This document shows positions 48,995 through 61,882 of a DNA stretch of 64,000 bases, piece after piece. Each line of letters starts with the position of its first letter. The first letter of the stretch is position 1. This DNA is from Eledone cirrhosa (taxonomy: Eukaryota). The DNA lies in NCBI GenBank assembly GCA_964016885.1, contig OZ024747.1, forward strand, positions 45,322,001 through 45,386,000, read 5' to 3'. Under the pieces are notes generated by a model that saw only the letters and a program-made list of their open reading frames with translations, ran no database searches and was not told the DNA's origin. The translations under genes and the position numbers were made by a program.

Positions 48995-49320
48995 AATAAA
49001 GTGTTCTGGCAGACCATCTGCTGTATTCGTAAGAAGAATTCCTCTTCCACACTTGCTATCAGGAATACATCTGTTGTTCTCTTTTCAGAGAGGTGCATGC
49101 TCATGGGATGGAGAGAATACTTTGCAGATATAAACCCAATCACAACAGCATCTTATGTACATAAGGTGAATCTGGTAGCAATGATAAATCTCTTGGTGGC
49201 TAACGTCTATAGAGCTCAAATGGGGCAAAGCCACTGTGGACGATAAAAATTTGGCCTGGGATGTTAAAAGCTTTAAATAGAGAAGTTATTCCCTGGCTGA
49301 TTCATGTGTGCAAAGTAATA
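48995..49320 (+). mobile_element. Inverted upstream segment of the same RTE family
   Basis: FWQTICCIRK..WREYFADINP..GMLKALNREVIPWLIHVCKV is the pre-RT region of Expander-like ORFs, on the opposite strand to 48045-48985. Confidence 0.7.
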
Positions 49321-49779
49321 GGGGTTGTTTTAGAGGAAATAATGCCAAAATCCAGAGATTCCTATCTGCAAATGCAATGCCTACAATGTTTTATTACATG
49401 GAGGGTTATTATTTGAGCAGAAACATCTAGAAGATATTTGTTACATGAATATAAAATCTCACCTGCAGTGATCATTCAGGCAGGTGTAAATCACCTGGTG
49501 GAAGGCTCTTCCTCATCATATTCAAGCTACCACTGATGTCCATGTGAGTAATAAGCTCTATCATCTTATGAATCAAGCATGGGAACCTAAGACTTCAACA
49601 TTAGCTGATTTGCTTTCTATGGATGGACATACTCTCTTCCCTAATTTAACAGGGATCACTGAATTGAACATTTTCTTAACTATTAAAATGTGTGTTTCTT
49701 ATTCTTATGGAGAATGCAGTAACTGATATCATAGACCAAAAATCTGTCATTACTTTCTTGCATTTATCACTCCCCATAG

Positions 49780-50045
49780 ATGAGGTAGCAATGGAATACA
49801 TGGAATATATCTTGGTAAAGATTTGGTCTCATTCTTTGTTGCAGTCACACTTCATAAACAGGCATCAAACTATTTACCATTTGATTGCAGAGAAATTTCC
49901 TCCAATGCCAGCAGAAGTAGCAGCTCTCTGTACTTTTACCATCTCATTCTTATTCTGGCTTTTTTGCTTTTGTAGTAACCTAGTAACCTCCAGCACTGTT
50001 AATTAGGTCCTCTAGATAGCAGAAGCTATCAACTACTTTTACAGA
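49780..50045 (-). mobile_element. Decayed RTE fragment (PHD family, post-finger region)
   Basis: KVVDSFCYLEDLINSAGG..ARIRMRW*KYRELLLLLA. Confidence 0.6.
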
Positions 50046-50229
50046 GCATTCCTTAGATTAGAAAGAGTTTATTTCAATGGTGAATTTACTGCTAACCATT
50101 CCTCTTTCCTTGCTACACACAGACGTTCTTTGTTCAATTTTTCTGCATATAAAATTATTATGCAGCCATAGTATACAATGTGTACATTAACTGTGAAAAC
50201 AGACACAAAATTTAGTTCTACATTTTAAA

Positions 50230-50800
50230 ATTATATTTCAATATTTCGGCTATAAAAGCCATTATCAAAAAAATACAACACTGAAATTGAATTTAACACA
50301 TAAATGTGAATACATGTGTGGAGGCTTGAAACATGTGCAGGGTAGTAGTGTAAAAATTAGGTAATTAGCATTATGTAACTTTTGTCTGTTGTCGGTGATG
50401 AACTAATATTCTAATAACCATTGGCCTCTGTAATTCACAAATTTCCAATAATCCGTTCTGTAACTTTGATAGTGGCTGTGATGTTTCGTTACAACATGTT
50501 CCTAATTGACAAAGCATTAATGTGAATGTGTTCCTTTATGTTGATGTGTAGTCTGTGAATAGTAATATGATTGTAAATGGAAATTTAAGAATTAAAGAGG
50601 CAATTCTTATTGAGCTATGAAAGTTTACTGTCAGCACATCAGACAATACATCAGTTGATCATGCTAATGGGTTAATTTAAAAATATCAATGTGTATGAAT
50701 TCTATTTTATTTTTCTTCTCACTCCTTTATATACAACTTGCATTGTATAGTTTATGTCAATTACTTTTAACTTCGTTTCACAATGCTTTAAATAAAATAT
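50230..50800 (-). mobile_element. Strongly decayed PLE (GIY-YIG remnant plus degenerate hammerhead)
   Basis: Minus remnants HRLHINIKEH..GNL*ITEA resemble the R.L..R.KEH..L.I.EA motif. TTGATAA-t-GGCT tttat AGCC-GAAA near 50240-50270. Confidence 0.35.
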
Positions 50801-50906
50801 GACTCGAAAATTTATAGTACAAACATGCTGCAAACTTGGTTCAGTTTACAGGTACATTACCATTAACATGCACACACATAGGCATCAGATAATAAATGTC
50901 ATGCAT

Positions 50907-50943
<37 letters not shown>

Positions 50944-50944
50944 C

Positions 50945-51007
<63 letters not shown>

Positions 51008-51933
51008 TATACAAAGTGAATTCCCTCACTGTTTTTTCACATGATTAAAGCTATCCAATTTTATTGAGTTTTCTAAAAATTTCTGTTCTAATATAATTTC
51101 TAAACGTAATTTCATTCATCTTAAGGGAATTTCTTATTAACATTTCTAAGACCAAAATTTACTTGAATATTTTTCACACTTTCAAGAAATGTTATATGCT
51201 CATGTTACTTTCCCAACCTATTTATCATGACTTACAATTAGCTCTAGGGCGTTGTTAATATTCTTTTATTTATTGTCATACATCATTACTGAATGAGATA
51301 TCATTCTTACCATTTTTCAATCTTCCTTTATTTTCTGCACACTATAGGTAAATATGTTTTTTTCTTTTTATCTAATATTTGTTTGTGTTTTTCAAACGTA
51401 TTTATTTAAATTTTCAAGTTATTTATGTTCCATCATCAGAGACTATATTTTCATCTATTCTATTCAAGCAATTTCTTCATTTTTTTTCAACTTAGCTCAT
51501 GTGTTCTCCTTTCGTTTTGTCTTTCATTTTTTTTAAGTGGATTAACTAAAATATTTCAGTAAATCTAATTCCGTGAGGCATTTAAATATTTATGGAATTC
51601 TTAATAATTCTTCTTGTAGAATTTAATGTGACTGTCAGCATATATATATATATATATACATATATGAATATATATATACACATACATATATGTATGCATG
51701 TATGTGTTTATATATATGGATTACTAATGCTCTAATTTAAAATGGTGAGAATCCCAATCTAAGACAAAGTAGGCAATGCCTAGTTGATATATTTTCATTT
51801 ACTTAATGACTTACAGAACATGTTCTTTATCATTCAAAGAATTCATCTCGCAGATAAATATTTAGAGAAGGAAATATTATTAGTCATGTAACAGTCATTA
51901 AATACATACACAGACGTGTGTGTGTATATATAT

Positions 51934-52300
51934 ATCATCACCGTTTTATGTCCGTTCTTCCACGCTAGCATGGGTTAGACGGGTTGTCCTGTTGTGGGCA
52001 GTGTCCATTTGGCTGACCTTGTCTTGCTCATACAGGAACTGATTCTGGTTTGAATTCTACAGCTGGATGCATTTCAGTTTACGTCCGCTTTCCCTGCTTG
52101 CTTGCAAAGGTGGGACGGGAACTGATTCTGGATTGATTTCTACAGCTGGATGCCCTTCCTAACACCAACCTCATTTACAGTGAGTGCTGGGTGCTTTTTT
52201 TCTGTGGCACCTCCACGACCACTTTGCAGTGGAATGATAGGGACCCTAGTCCTATATTCACAATTCTACAGCTGAGTAAACTGGAGCAATGTGAAATAAA
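51934..52300 (-). mobile_element. SINE family A body joined to a second RTE-type tail
   Basis: 52077-52300 is SINE A without its tRNA head. 51934-52070 is a tail matching 10095-10225. Confidence 0.75.
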
Positions 52301-52724
52301 TACGTATATATATACAGGCATCAAATTTGAAATGCAATCATACCAAGATAAATGACTATAGTAATAGTTTCTAACAGGCTAGCAATTTTTGGGGAATGGA
52401 AAGTCAGTAAAATTAAACCTAGAACTAGACTGATACTTTATTTTATCAACTGTGGAAGGATGAGAGGCAAAATTGACTTTGGCTGCATTTGAACACAAAA
52501 TATAATGAGCAGGAAGAAATAGTACAAAGCACTTTGTATGATACCTCAATAATTCTGCCAATCCACCAAAAAAAAAAAAAAACATGGACAAAGAATATGC
52601 CACAGTACAAAACACCTTTCCCCTAATACAACTAGGGGGTAAATGAGAAATTGTAAAATTACAAAAAATATGACATGGAGGATATAAATATATACAAATA
52701 CATTAGGTCCGAACACAATGGAAC

Positions 52725-52980
52725 CAAACAGTCACTGCCTCCATCTTGCTCGCTCTCGCCATATCTCACAATTATAAGCAAATGGAGCCCCCGTGCTGGT
52801 TGCCTTGCAGCCCCAGTGGACATAATAGAGAAGGCATTTACCCAGAGGTTGGTGAGGGAGATGTGTTGGGAGAGCCATTCCAGTTTGCGAGGCTCACAAC
52901 TCTGAGCAGTCAACTCTGTATCGATGATAGTGTGTAGGGAGGTGTTCTAAGGGACAAGGACACCAGAAGTCTTCACTGCT
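52725..52980 (+). mobile_element. Unclassified GC-richer repeat, homologous to the start of 53860-54440 (possible LINE ORF1 relic)
   Basis: GCAGCCCCAGTGGACATAATAGAGAAGGCATTT aligns with ACAGCCCTGGAGGACAGAATGGAGAAGGCGTTT at ~53881. Confidence 0.35.
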
Positions 52981-53859
52981 AAAACATATAAACACAAAAA
53001 TCAAATTTGGTGAGAGATCAGAGGCTATAATGTTTGATGATTGGACTGAGACAATATAGGGTCTGTGAGAACTCTTCAATTTGGACAACCATGTAATGAC
53101 CGTTCTAGTGCTGGAGCCACAATAAAGTGCACCCAGTCCACCCCGTAAAGTGGTAGTGCTGATGCCACGATAAAATACACCCTGTAATGTGGTAGGGCTG
53201 GTGCAATGAAAAAACGTCCCCAGTATACTCTGTGAGATGGTTAGAATCAAGAAGGACATCCAGCTGTAGAAACTATGCTAAATATGGATCACATGGGTAA
53301 GATGAGGTTGCTCTAGTCAGTCTAGACATGATACATGGCAACCCATATGCACACTAGAAATAACCCCAAATTTTTCCAAAATCTCCCTATTAACACCAAG
53401 GCACCTACGAACACTCTGTATTACAAATTTCTCTTTGTACCCGTCCTACTATGTGTTTTAAAAGTTTATTTACTACTTCCATAAAAAATTAATCTGGCTA
53501 CTTATTCTACCATGGCATATAACTTGGCTAGAAAACACGTATTCGAAGGATATTGGCGCAAAGCTAAATGCAAAGGGCATCTAAGCCACCTTAAAGATAA
53601 AATCCTTAGTTTTTTTGTAGACGTTTGTAACTATTATCTCACCACCTATTTCAATAGTGACGTCTAAATAACTAACCTAGCTAATGTCACATCCATTCAT
53701 ATTCACCACTAATGCCTATAATTAGGAACAATTATATCATCAATATACCTACAACATCCACCCAACTGCCTAATGGGATGGATAAATAAGCAATCAAAAC
53801 AATATCCACCATCTAGTTTCCAGTTGTTGTCTTCCTGTTTCTTCTACAACAACTACAAA

Positions 53860-54440
53860 GGTACGCAATGGGGCCCACCCACAGCCCTGGAGGACAGAAT
53901 GGAGAAGGCGTTTTCCAATGGCGTGGAATGTGGCCGGCACTGTGGTGACAGGAAAGCAGGTGGAGGCTGAAAGAGTCCACGGTGGAACCACAGTGACATT
54001 AGTGTGGCTGGCAGATGCGGAGGCCAAGCCTCAGGGATACGCCGATGTGCAGGCTATGGTTGTCTAGCTGCGTGCCAGTGGAGAAGGAGGGCAGAGTATG
54101 GAGGCAGGCACCACTGTGGTGTTTGGAGGCCGCATGAAAACAAGCAAGGCGGTGCTGGTCAAGTGGCACGTGAGCCTGTCTGGGGCCAGGCTGCACTGGA
54201 TGGCATCCCAAGTGCGTTGGGGGGACTTGACGTCAACAGGAGGGGAAGGAGGAGGGACGTCTACTGGGCTAAGTCCCAGCCGGTCCCACGTTCTCTGAAC
54301 ACAGAGGGTTCTGTTCTGTTTTGAAGAACCCTGCTGATGAGGACGCGGCATGAGGTTACCTATGAAAGATACGCCGGCAAAGCTAGTGAGATCGGGGACT
54401 GGAGGTCAAGGCCGCCATACCTGACAGGTAAAGTGGCTTG
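53860..54440 (+). other. GC-rich island with decayed coding potential (probable TE ORF1/gag relic)
   Basis: One frame runs ~125 codons with a single internal TAG (MAWNVAGTVVTGKQVEAE..*..MEAGTTVVFGGRMKTSKAVLVKWHV..). GC content is clearly above the flanks. Confidence 0.35.
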
Positions 54441-54595
54441 TTGCCGAATTAGGCCTATTCTCTTAAGCTTTCTTAAACCTTCTAGATAGTAAAACTACAG
54501 TTCCCGCCCATTGGTATGCTTGAAAATATTACCACGAATGTAACGTAAGAACTATCCACTATAAATATGTACATATGAATATATATACTTTATAC

Positions 54596-54626
<31 letters not shown>

Positions 54627-54629
<3 letters not shown>

Positions 54630-55974
54630 TCATCATCGTTTAACGTCTATCTTCCACGCTAGCATGGGTTTAGACGGGAATTCTCCCACTTGAGGCAAGA
54701 TTGGTTGTCTCACTCATATAGGACTGTCTGGCAGGTTTTCTACGGCTGGATGCCCTTCCTAACACCAACCACGTTTAAAGTGTGGACTGGGATGTTTTTA
54801 CCATGTTACCTACACGGCCACATTCCAGTGTGGACTGTGTGTTTTTTTGTTGAGACACCGACACTACCTCATTTATTTAAGACTAGATGTTGTTGTACCA
54901 ACATAACTTTACAGAGAAAGGGGTGGTATTGATGGGGGTGAGGGAGTTGGGGTAGGGGGATGGGGTGTATATTTGGTTAAGGGGTGCCTACTGACTGTAG
55001 GTTTCGCTTTGTACTTAGGCAAGGTGAGTTTTCTGTATTACTGTGTAGCACCAAAGATCTCAGTCCAGTGACATTGACTTAGAGGGGTATAAGTGTGTAA
55101 GGTCGGAATGTATCAAATCGTCCCAGGTTTTTCTGGGTCTGCCTACTCTGTCACTTCTGTCAATTTTGATCGCCCTGCACTTTTTTATACAGCTGTTGTC
55201 TTTCATGTGCATCACGTGACCATAACAACGTAGTTTTCTCTCGAGTAAACAACATCTGATCCCTCTTATACCTAATTTCTCACTTAGTTCATTGCTTTGC
55301 CGTTCACGTATATTACTATTACACATCCAGTGGAGCATGCATGCTGCGTTCCTCTCCAGTCTGTGCAGATCCTCTGCACACAATGCCCATGTCTCACTGC
55401 CATATAACATAGCTGTTTGTATGCAGGCATCATACAGTCTGCCTTTTATTTTTAGAGAGAAACCTTTAGTGGCCAATAGTGGTATAAGCTCTCTGAACTT
55501 TTTCCATCCTGTTCTGACTCTGGCTACTGTACTTTCAGAGCACCCTCCATCACTGCTAATTTTGTCACCCAGGTAACAGATGGTGTCCACTATTTCTATA
55601 GAGCCTTCTGGGCAATAGAAGGAGCTAGTATTCTGTGAGCACTTGCTTTTTATTGCACCTGAGCACCGGCCACATATAAAATCTACGTTCTTAGATAGTT
55701 TACCTGTGATCCCACTACATCTTTTATGCACCCATACTCTGCATTTGGGACATAAAATTGAATTTCTGCTTACCTCTTTCCTACACACTGATTATGGCCA
55801 TTTCCCAGAGGGGACCTGTGCCCTATTTTCCTTCCTACATACTAGAACTTTAGTCTTAGACAAGTTAACTTTAAGGCCTTTTGATTCTAGGCCATGCTTC
55901 CATGTTTGGAATTTCTTCTCTAGTTCAGCCATCGATTCTGCTATGAGCGTTAGATCATCTGCACATAGAAGTTC

Positions 55975-55977
<3 letters not shown>
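54627..55977 (-). mobile_element. RTE-clade LINE 3' half (YADD-like motif, PHD-type finger, C-terminus, long 3' UTR)
   Basis: WELLCADDLTLIAES..GKWP*; ORF 55060-55788 CRKEVSRNSILCPKCRVWVHKRCSGI..FICGRC..MLYGSETW..GRPRKTW. UTR has GGAAGGGCATCCAGCCGTAGAAA and a (GAT)n tail. Confidence 0.93.
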
Positions 55978-56011
<34 letters not shown>

Positions 56012-57224
56012 CACAATTTATAAATATATATATAGGCATGCCTCTGTGTGTTTATATATATGTGTTTGCGTGGATATTTGTATATGCATATATATATATA
56101 TATATACACACACTCACATATATATACATGTATGTATATGCATTTATATGTGTATGCTCCTTATATTACCCGATTATATTGCATTCTATTGGTTTTAATC
56201 TTTAATAATCACTCCTATAGTCACCTGGAATGCTTGTGTACACACTGTATGTTGCTCTTCACCTCACACCCATTGCTCATTTATGTCAATATTTATGTCT
56301 GTGTTATATTTCTCTTGTGCATGTATGTGGCGACACTAGAAGTACATCTTAGTTCTGAGTATTTGTTTCCATGGTATTTTTTTCCTTGTTAAATATATTT
56401 ATTTATGTTGATTTTGTGTTTCGTTTATCATTACATTTATATAAATTTACTTAAGTGCGGTTAAATAAATTTATTGATCACAATGTTCGCTTTTTCAAGG
56501 ATCATTTTGGAGTTTAAATGTTTTGTAAGATTTTTCTTTCTCCCCCCCCCCCCACCTCACTTTTACGCCTCTCTTTTATCTTGTGGTCTATTTTCTATGG
56601 ACAAACATCAGACATTGGAAAAGAAGGAAAAATGGGAAATATGAGCAGTTGAATGGATTTTATTGATTGAAAATAAAACAGCCTCAAATTCCAAATTGCA
56701 TGATTTTGGTCAGCTGAAGCAGTGATATTTAGAGAATTGATATTTAGGATTCTTTGAAAGATGAAATTAGGGTGATTGTTTTCTATTTCCTGGGGTATTT
56801 TATCCAATTTTCCAATTATTGAAAAAAATAGAATGCGGTATGATTTAAAGGCGATTTAACTGCTATTTCCAGCTTTGATTCATCAACCTACATTCAGAAT
56901 TCACATTTCACCGGACTATACTAATGTTTTCATCTATATAGAGCTGATTAAATAAATACCAGTAATATAGTAGTCTCACTCCAATTAACAAACCACTTTC
57001 CAATAAAAGATAAGCTCCAGCCACTTTCAAAAGTGTTTTCATTTGCTGCTTTGAATATCCATGGTTAGATATTGAATAGGCCCATACCAGAAACTCTTTG
57101 TCCATGTCTTACTTCACAAACTAAAGACGTATCTGCTTTCCTACATTGCCACTGGTCAGCTCTATCTTTTTATTCTCATTGTCATAAAAACAGGGCAATT
57201 CCATTCATGTTCTAGCTTGTAGGA

Positions 57225-57760
57225 TACAGCATGGCCGAATGGTTAAGAAGATTCACTTCACATTAACACTTTAGCATTTAAAGCAATCGTATCCAGCCAG
57301 AATTCTCTCACCTCTTTCTGTTCAAACTGGCCGCATATACTGATGTTAAGGTTTGGTTCACAATATAGATATCAAAATCTCATAGATTCGATATTATATG
57401 AGGTAAAACCTTTACCATGAAAATATAATAATGAATATAGAGTTATGGAAATGCTAAAGGGTTAATGAGATCATAGGTTCAACCCCTTAGTATGGCATCT
57501 TAGACAAATCTCATTCATCATAGACTTAGATTGACACATGCTTTGTGAATGAAATTAAATAGACAAAAATTGTTTGAAACTGTACCTGTAATTTAAAAGG
57601 TTAGTCTTGTCATACACTGTGTCATGCTGAATCTCTCTAAGAGTTATGTTAAGGGAGCATGCATCTGTGGAATGCTCAGACACTTACACATTAATTTCAT
57701 GAGCAGATCTTTCCATTGATTCAAAAACTGGAGCACTCATCGTTGAAACTGATGGAGGTC
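57225..57760 (+). mobile_element. Old tRNA-derived SINE (family B-type tail), interrupted by a MITE
   Basis: Head CATGGCCGAATGGTTAAGAAG..GGTTCAACCCC. Tail 57590-57750 is the reverse-complement homologue of 1640-1800. Confidence 0.6.
57267..57461. mobile_element. piggyBac-type MITE
   Basis: TTAA at 57263-57266 and 57462-57465. TIRs CACTTTAGCATTT / AAATGCTAAAGGG (12 of 13 match). Confidence 0.75.
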
Positions 57761-58816
57761 TATTGCATTTCCACTAACTTGAAAATGAAATAACAAAACA
57801 CACACACACTCTCTCTCAGATAAAGGCATGAACCCAAAGCATTAAATGCTCCACTCCTCATGCCAAATTGAACTTATTGAACTCTTTTACACACTCTCCT
57901 AGGGACTAAGTTTTGCTGGCAGAGATCATTAGCACTTGCCTTTGATTCAGGATTTTACTCTATTGCATATATAGTTTCCATTTCAAATTGGATGGCATAC
58001 ATATTTATTTATTTATTTAATTTTATATTAATTCTGTATTTTGTCTGTACATTGAACACCTATTAAAATTATAGACTAAAAGCAATTTTTAGCTTTTAAA
58101 CTTTTAGGAAAAGTAAAACTTATCATGTGATATTGCCCGACATTAAATGTGAGAAATGTTTCCACACTGGCTGGAAATTGACTGAAAAGCAAACTGAAAA
58201 GACATATATGAAATATGGTTTTCTATGTTATTGTTTTAATTTTACATTCAGAGCACTAAACACCTGCATGCATAAATTATGACAAAAAAAGCAAAACATC
58301 AAAGAAAAGATAGGTGTATTAAACAATGTTTTGTGTCTGAATTGTGAGTACTTGCAGAGGGTCGTGTAGGGAAGTGGCAGAGATGTATTTATAAAGCAAA
58401 TAAATAAATAAATAAATAAATAAATAACCAAGTGAACAAACTATATAAAATGAAAAGAATAAAAAGCTCTCAATAGATCTGTAATTAGGAATCAGAACTT
58501 TCTTTTTCTGTCTTCTGATGTAGCTTGTAATTATTGTTTCAGCTTTGTGATGATGGAAAAGCCATGTTGGCAGTATGTTAATTAAGAGAAATGCTTCAAT
58601 GAGAATGTCACTTGAATGCATCAACTGGTGCCGAATATCTGAAAGTGTAGCAGGTCTCTTATAGAATAATAGACATTCACATCAAACACTGCTTTTATAT
58701 CATCAATCTCACTGCTTATACGTACAAAATTACATTGTTCACTTAACATGTACTACAATAGAAAAGAAAAACAAAGATTTGATTCATTTTTTAATTCATC
58801 ATGTATGTATAGATTT

Positions 58817-58853
<37 letters not shown>

Positions 58854-58878
58854 CACACACACACACCCATATATATAT

Positions 58879-58928
<50 letters not shown>

Positions 58929-58999
58929 TATGTATGCATATATATATATTGTTGTCATCAGCACTACTCGTATCCGAGTTTGGTTTGTCTGGTAACTCC

Positions 59000-60115
59000 A
59001 TTATGCTTGAACCCGACATATAAATGTGAAAGATGTAATATCAGCCATAGACGAAATGAGACCAAATTTATCTGTTGGCGTTCATGGTTTCGCAGTATTC
59101 CTTCTAAACACATACAAGAAAACAATAGCAGAAGCACTCACAAGCTAAACTGATGACACAAAAGTAGCACAGGTGATCAAGAAACTGGCTGATGCTACTC
59201 TCTCACAAGATTTATATGCTATATATGACTGGGCCGAAGACAACAATATGCAATTTAGTGCAGGTAAATTTCAAGCCCTCTGTTATCAACCCACAAACAT
59301 AGGACCACCATAACAAAGGTACACTTATAGTAGACCAGAAGGAAGCAAAATCCCTGAGTCAAAATCAACACGAGACCTGGGTGTTGACATGAGCAATAAT
59401 ACATCATTTCATGCACACATCTCCAAAATGACGGCAATGTTCAGATGACTGGTGGATTGGATTTTGAGATTTTGAGGACAAGAGACCCCGACACCATGTT
59501 GGTTCTCTAGAGGACTTTAGTCCTCAGCTGCCTGGACTATTGCTCTCAGCTGTGGTATCCCCACAGTGTCAAACTAATTGCAGAACTTGAAGCAATCCAA
59601 CAAAGCTATACCAAGAGGATTGTCTCAATGAAAGAGATGAGCTACTGGGAGAGGCTGAAAAAACTAAAGCTGTACTCCCTGGACCGAAGACGGGAGAGTT
59701 ACATACTGATATACATATGGAAGATCCTGGAAGGGTTAGCAAACTTTGGCATTGAAGGCAGGACCAGCCCACAAACATGATATCACTGTGTAGTGCCAAA
59801 GGTCCCATCTGTCACATCAAGAATAAAGACCACACACTGCAAATGCCTGGAGTTTAAGGGACTGCAGTTTTTTAATAAGCCACCAAAAAAATCTGAGAAA
59901 TCTTCATGGTGTGCTCAGATGTTTTCAAGAGACATTCCAGCATTCTACAGACGAAGATACCGGCTGAATCCACAATACCAGGTGAAGCACAAATAAGGGC
60001 TGCAGCAACAAATTCCCTTTTGCAACAATGGCCAACAAGGGAAGGCTGGCTATAGAAAGTGTAGCATCAATAGCAGTTCCCCAGCATGGCTTCTAGCCTG
60101 GAACATGCAATAGAT
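59000..60115 (+). mobile_element. CR1-like LINE, internally deleted and decayed
   Basis: Pre-RT segment DVISAIDEMRPNLSVGVHGFAVFLL joins directly to TDDTKVAQ..QDLYAIYDWAEDNNMQF..KFQAL, then LDYCSQLWYP and LEAIQQSYTKRI..SYWERLKKLKLYSL. Confidence 0.85.
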
Positions 60116-60645
60116 TAATAGAATAACACACATATGTATACACACACACATAAATGTATATATGCACATATATATACATATATATGACTGCATGCATGAA
60201 CATACAAATACACATACCTTCATATTTCACGGGACATAGTATTATGTTTCTAGCAAAATGTGCATAAGAATGTTAGATCTTCACCACCATGGATATTACA
60301 CATATCATTCTGTTTTATTATATAAGATGGCTTTAATACTGATGATCTTCAGCATGTGTGTTTAATTTTTACATGCATGGTATTTTGCTCGAAACATACT
60401 TCTACACCCAGGAGAGTATATGAAATATATGTATATTTTGATATATATAGCTCGATTTATTTTCATGTGACATAGTTCGTCTTGCTTAATATATTAAAAT
60501 ATTATAGCTCTTAGTTTGACTTAATTCTAATAAATAGAAATTTATCGCGCACTAAGTGAACCGTTCACACTAATATTTTTGCTATATTTAATATTTATTT
60601 CTATTATATATATATATATATATATGAATATATATAAATATATAT

Positions 60646-60683
<38 letters not shown>

Positions 60684-61091
60684 TGTTTTAAAAAATGTTA
60701 TGTCCAAAATAGATGTGTAAAGTGAATGAAGTTAAGAAGCAAATGACAATATTATGAAGTAAAATTCTTTAAAAAAATATATATTTGCAACATTTAGAAA
60801 TGATTTATAGACGATCACACCCAAGCTGTGTTCTACAATTCATCAGGCACGAGGAAATTAGACAAAAATACATATTTTCTATTTTATTTATCGGAAGTGT
60901 TCCTTTTGTTATGTTTTTAAATATATTTTTGTTACAAAATATTGAGATAGAATGTGTCAAAAAATTTGTTTCAGATATTATTTACTTATATCCGAACAAT
61001 TCTTCCAATAATGTTTGTCATGTTACATTGTAGAATTTGGAAGCAACAAATCGATTCTAAAATAAAACATAAACAAAAGACCTTTCTCTCT

Positions 61092-61196
<105 letters not shown>

Positions 61197-61237
61197 AAGT
61201 TTCTGTTCAATCAATATATTTTAATCGTAATCACATG

Positions 61238-61303
61238 AAACACGTGTTTCGCAAATGGTAACAATCAGATCGTCATTAGGATCGATTTCCTCATCAGATA
61301 GGA
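61238..61303 (-). ncRNA. Degenerate hammerhead-like core
   Basis: Minus strand: CTGATGA-GGAAAT..ATTTGC-GAA-ACACGTGT-T. Palindromic stem III; stem I not paired. Confidence 0.35.
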
Positions 61304-61341
61304 TGGAGATTAGAATCGATCGATATATATATATATATATA

Positions 61342-61465
61342 TTTATTAAAATAACAGATTAAAGTTTATATAAATATTTGCTCTACGGTTCTTATATATT
61401 TGATATATATTTATTCTTATCGAGCCCTCTTTGGATTTTAGTCTTCAAATTTATTATTATTACTA
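61342..61465 (+). mobile_element. Terminal fragment of the PLE family at 1966-3335 and 36472-37668
   Basis: 61372-61463 matches 37575-37666 and is preceded by a short inverted piece ATTAAAATAACAGATTAAAGTTTA. Confidence 0.75.
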
Positions 61466-61484
61466 TATATATATATATATATAT

Positions 61485-61830
61485 CGTTATACTTTCAAAC
61501 GTTCAATCATCTGACAGGAAGGTATACGATGCTGACGATAGCTAATAAGCTTGAAACTAGTTCATCGTTCCTTTGTCAATGTTGAACAAAAGGGCGACGA
61601 TGGTTGCCGAACACTGTACAGCTTAATTCGGGCTGTTTGTTTACAAACAAACCGAACATTATAATAAATTTTCGGTAAACCCATACGTACATATATATAT
61701 CTGTGCATGTATGTATATATATATACATACTACTGTACGTCTGTATACATATATGTATGTACGTATACATACTTATATGTATACTAGCCGTACTAAGAGT
61801 GAGAAATGAAATTTTATTTCATTCTTTTCC

Positions 61831-61835
<5 letters not shown>
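61485..61835 (+). mobile_element. PLE-like pLTR fragment, same family as 35905-36471
   Basis: Reverse-complement homologue of 35905-36260. Flanked by (TA)n. Confidence 0.8.
61526..61568 (+). ncRNA. Type-I minimal hammerhead ribozyme (GUU site)
   Basis: ACGATG-CTGACGA-t-AGCT aata AGCT-t-GAAA-CTAG-TT-CATCGT with a perfect 6-bp stem I. Confidence 0.8.

Positions 61836-61882
<47 letters not shown>

Noticed and set aside
54329-54390. CTGATGA..GAAA hammerhead candidate in the GC-rich island
   Set aside because: Stems I and III cannot be paired; likely a chance match.
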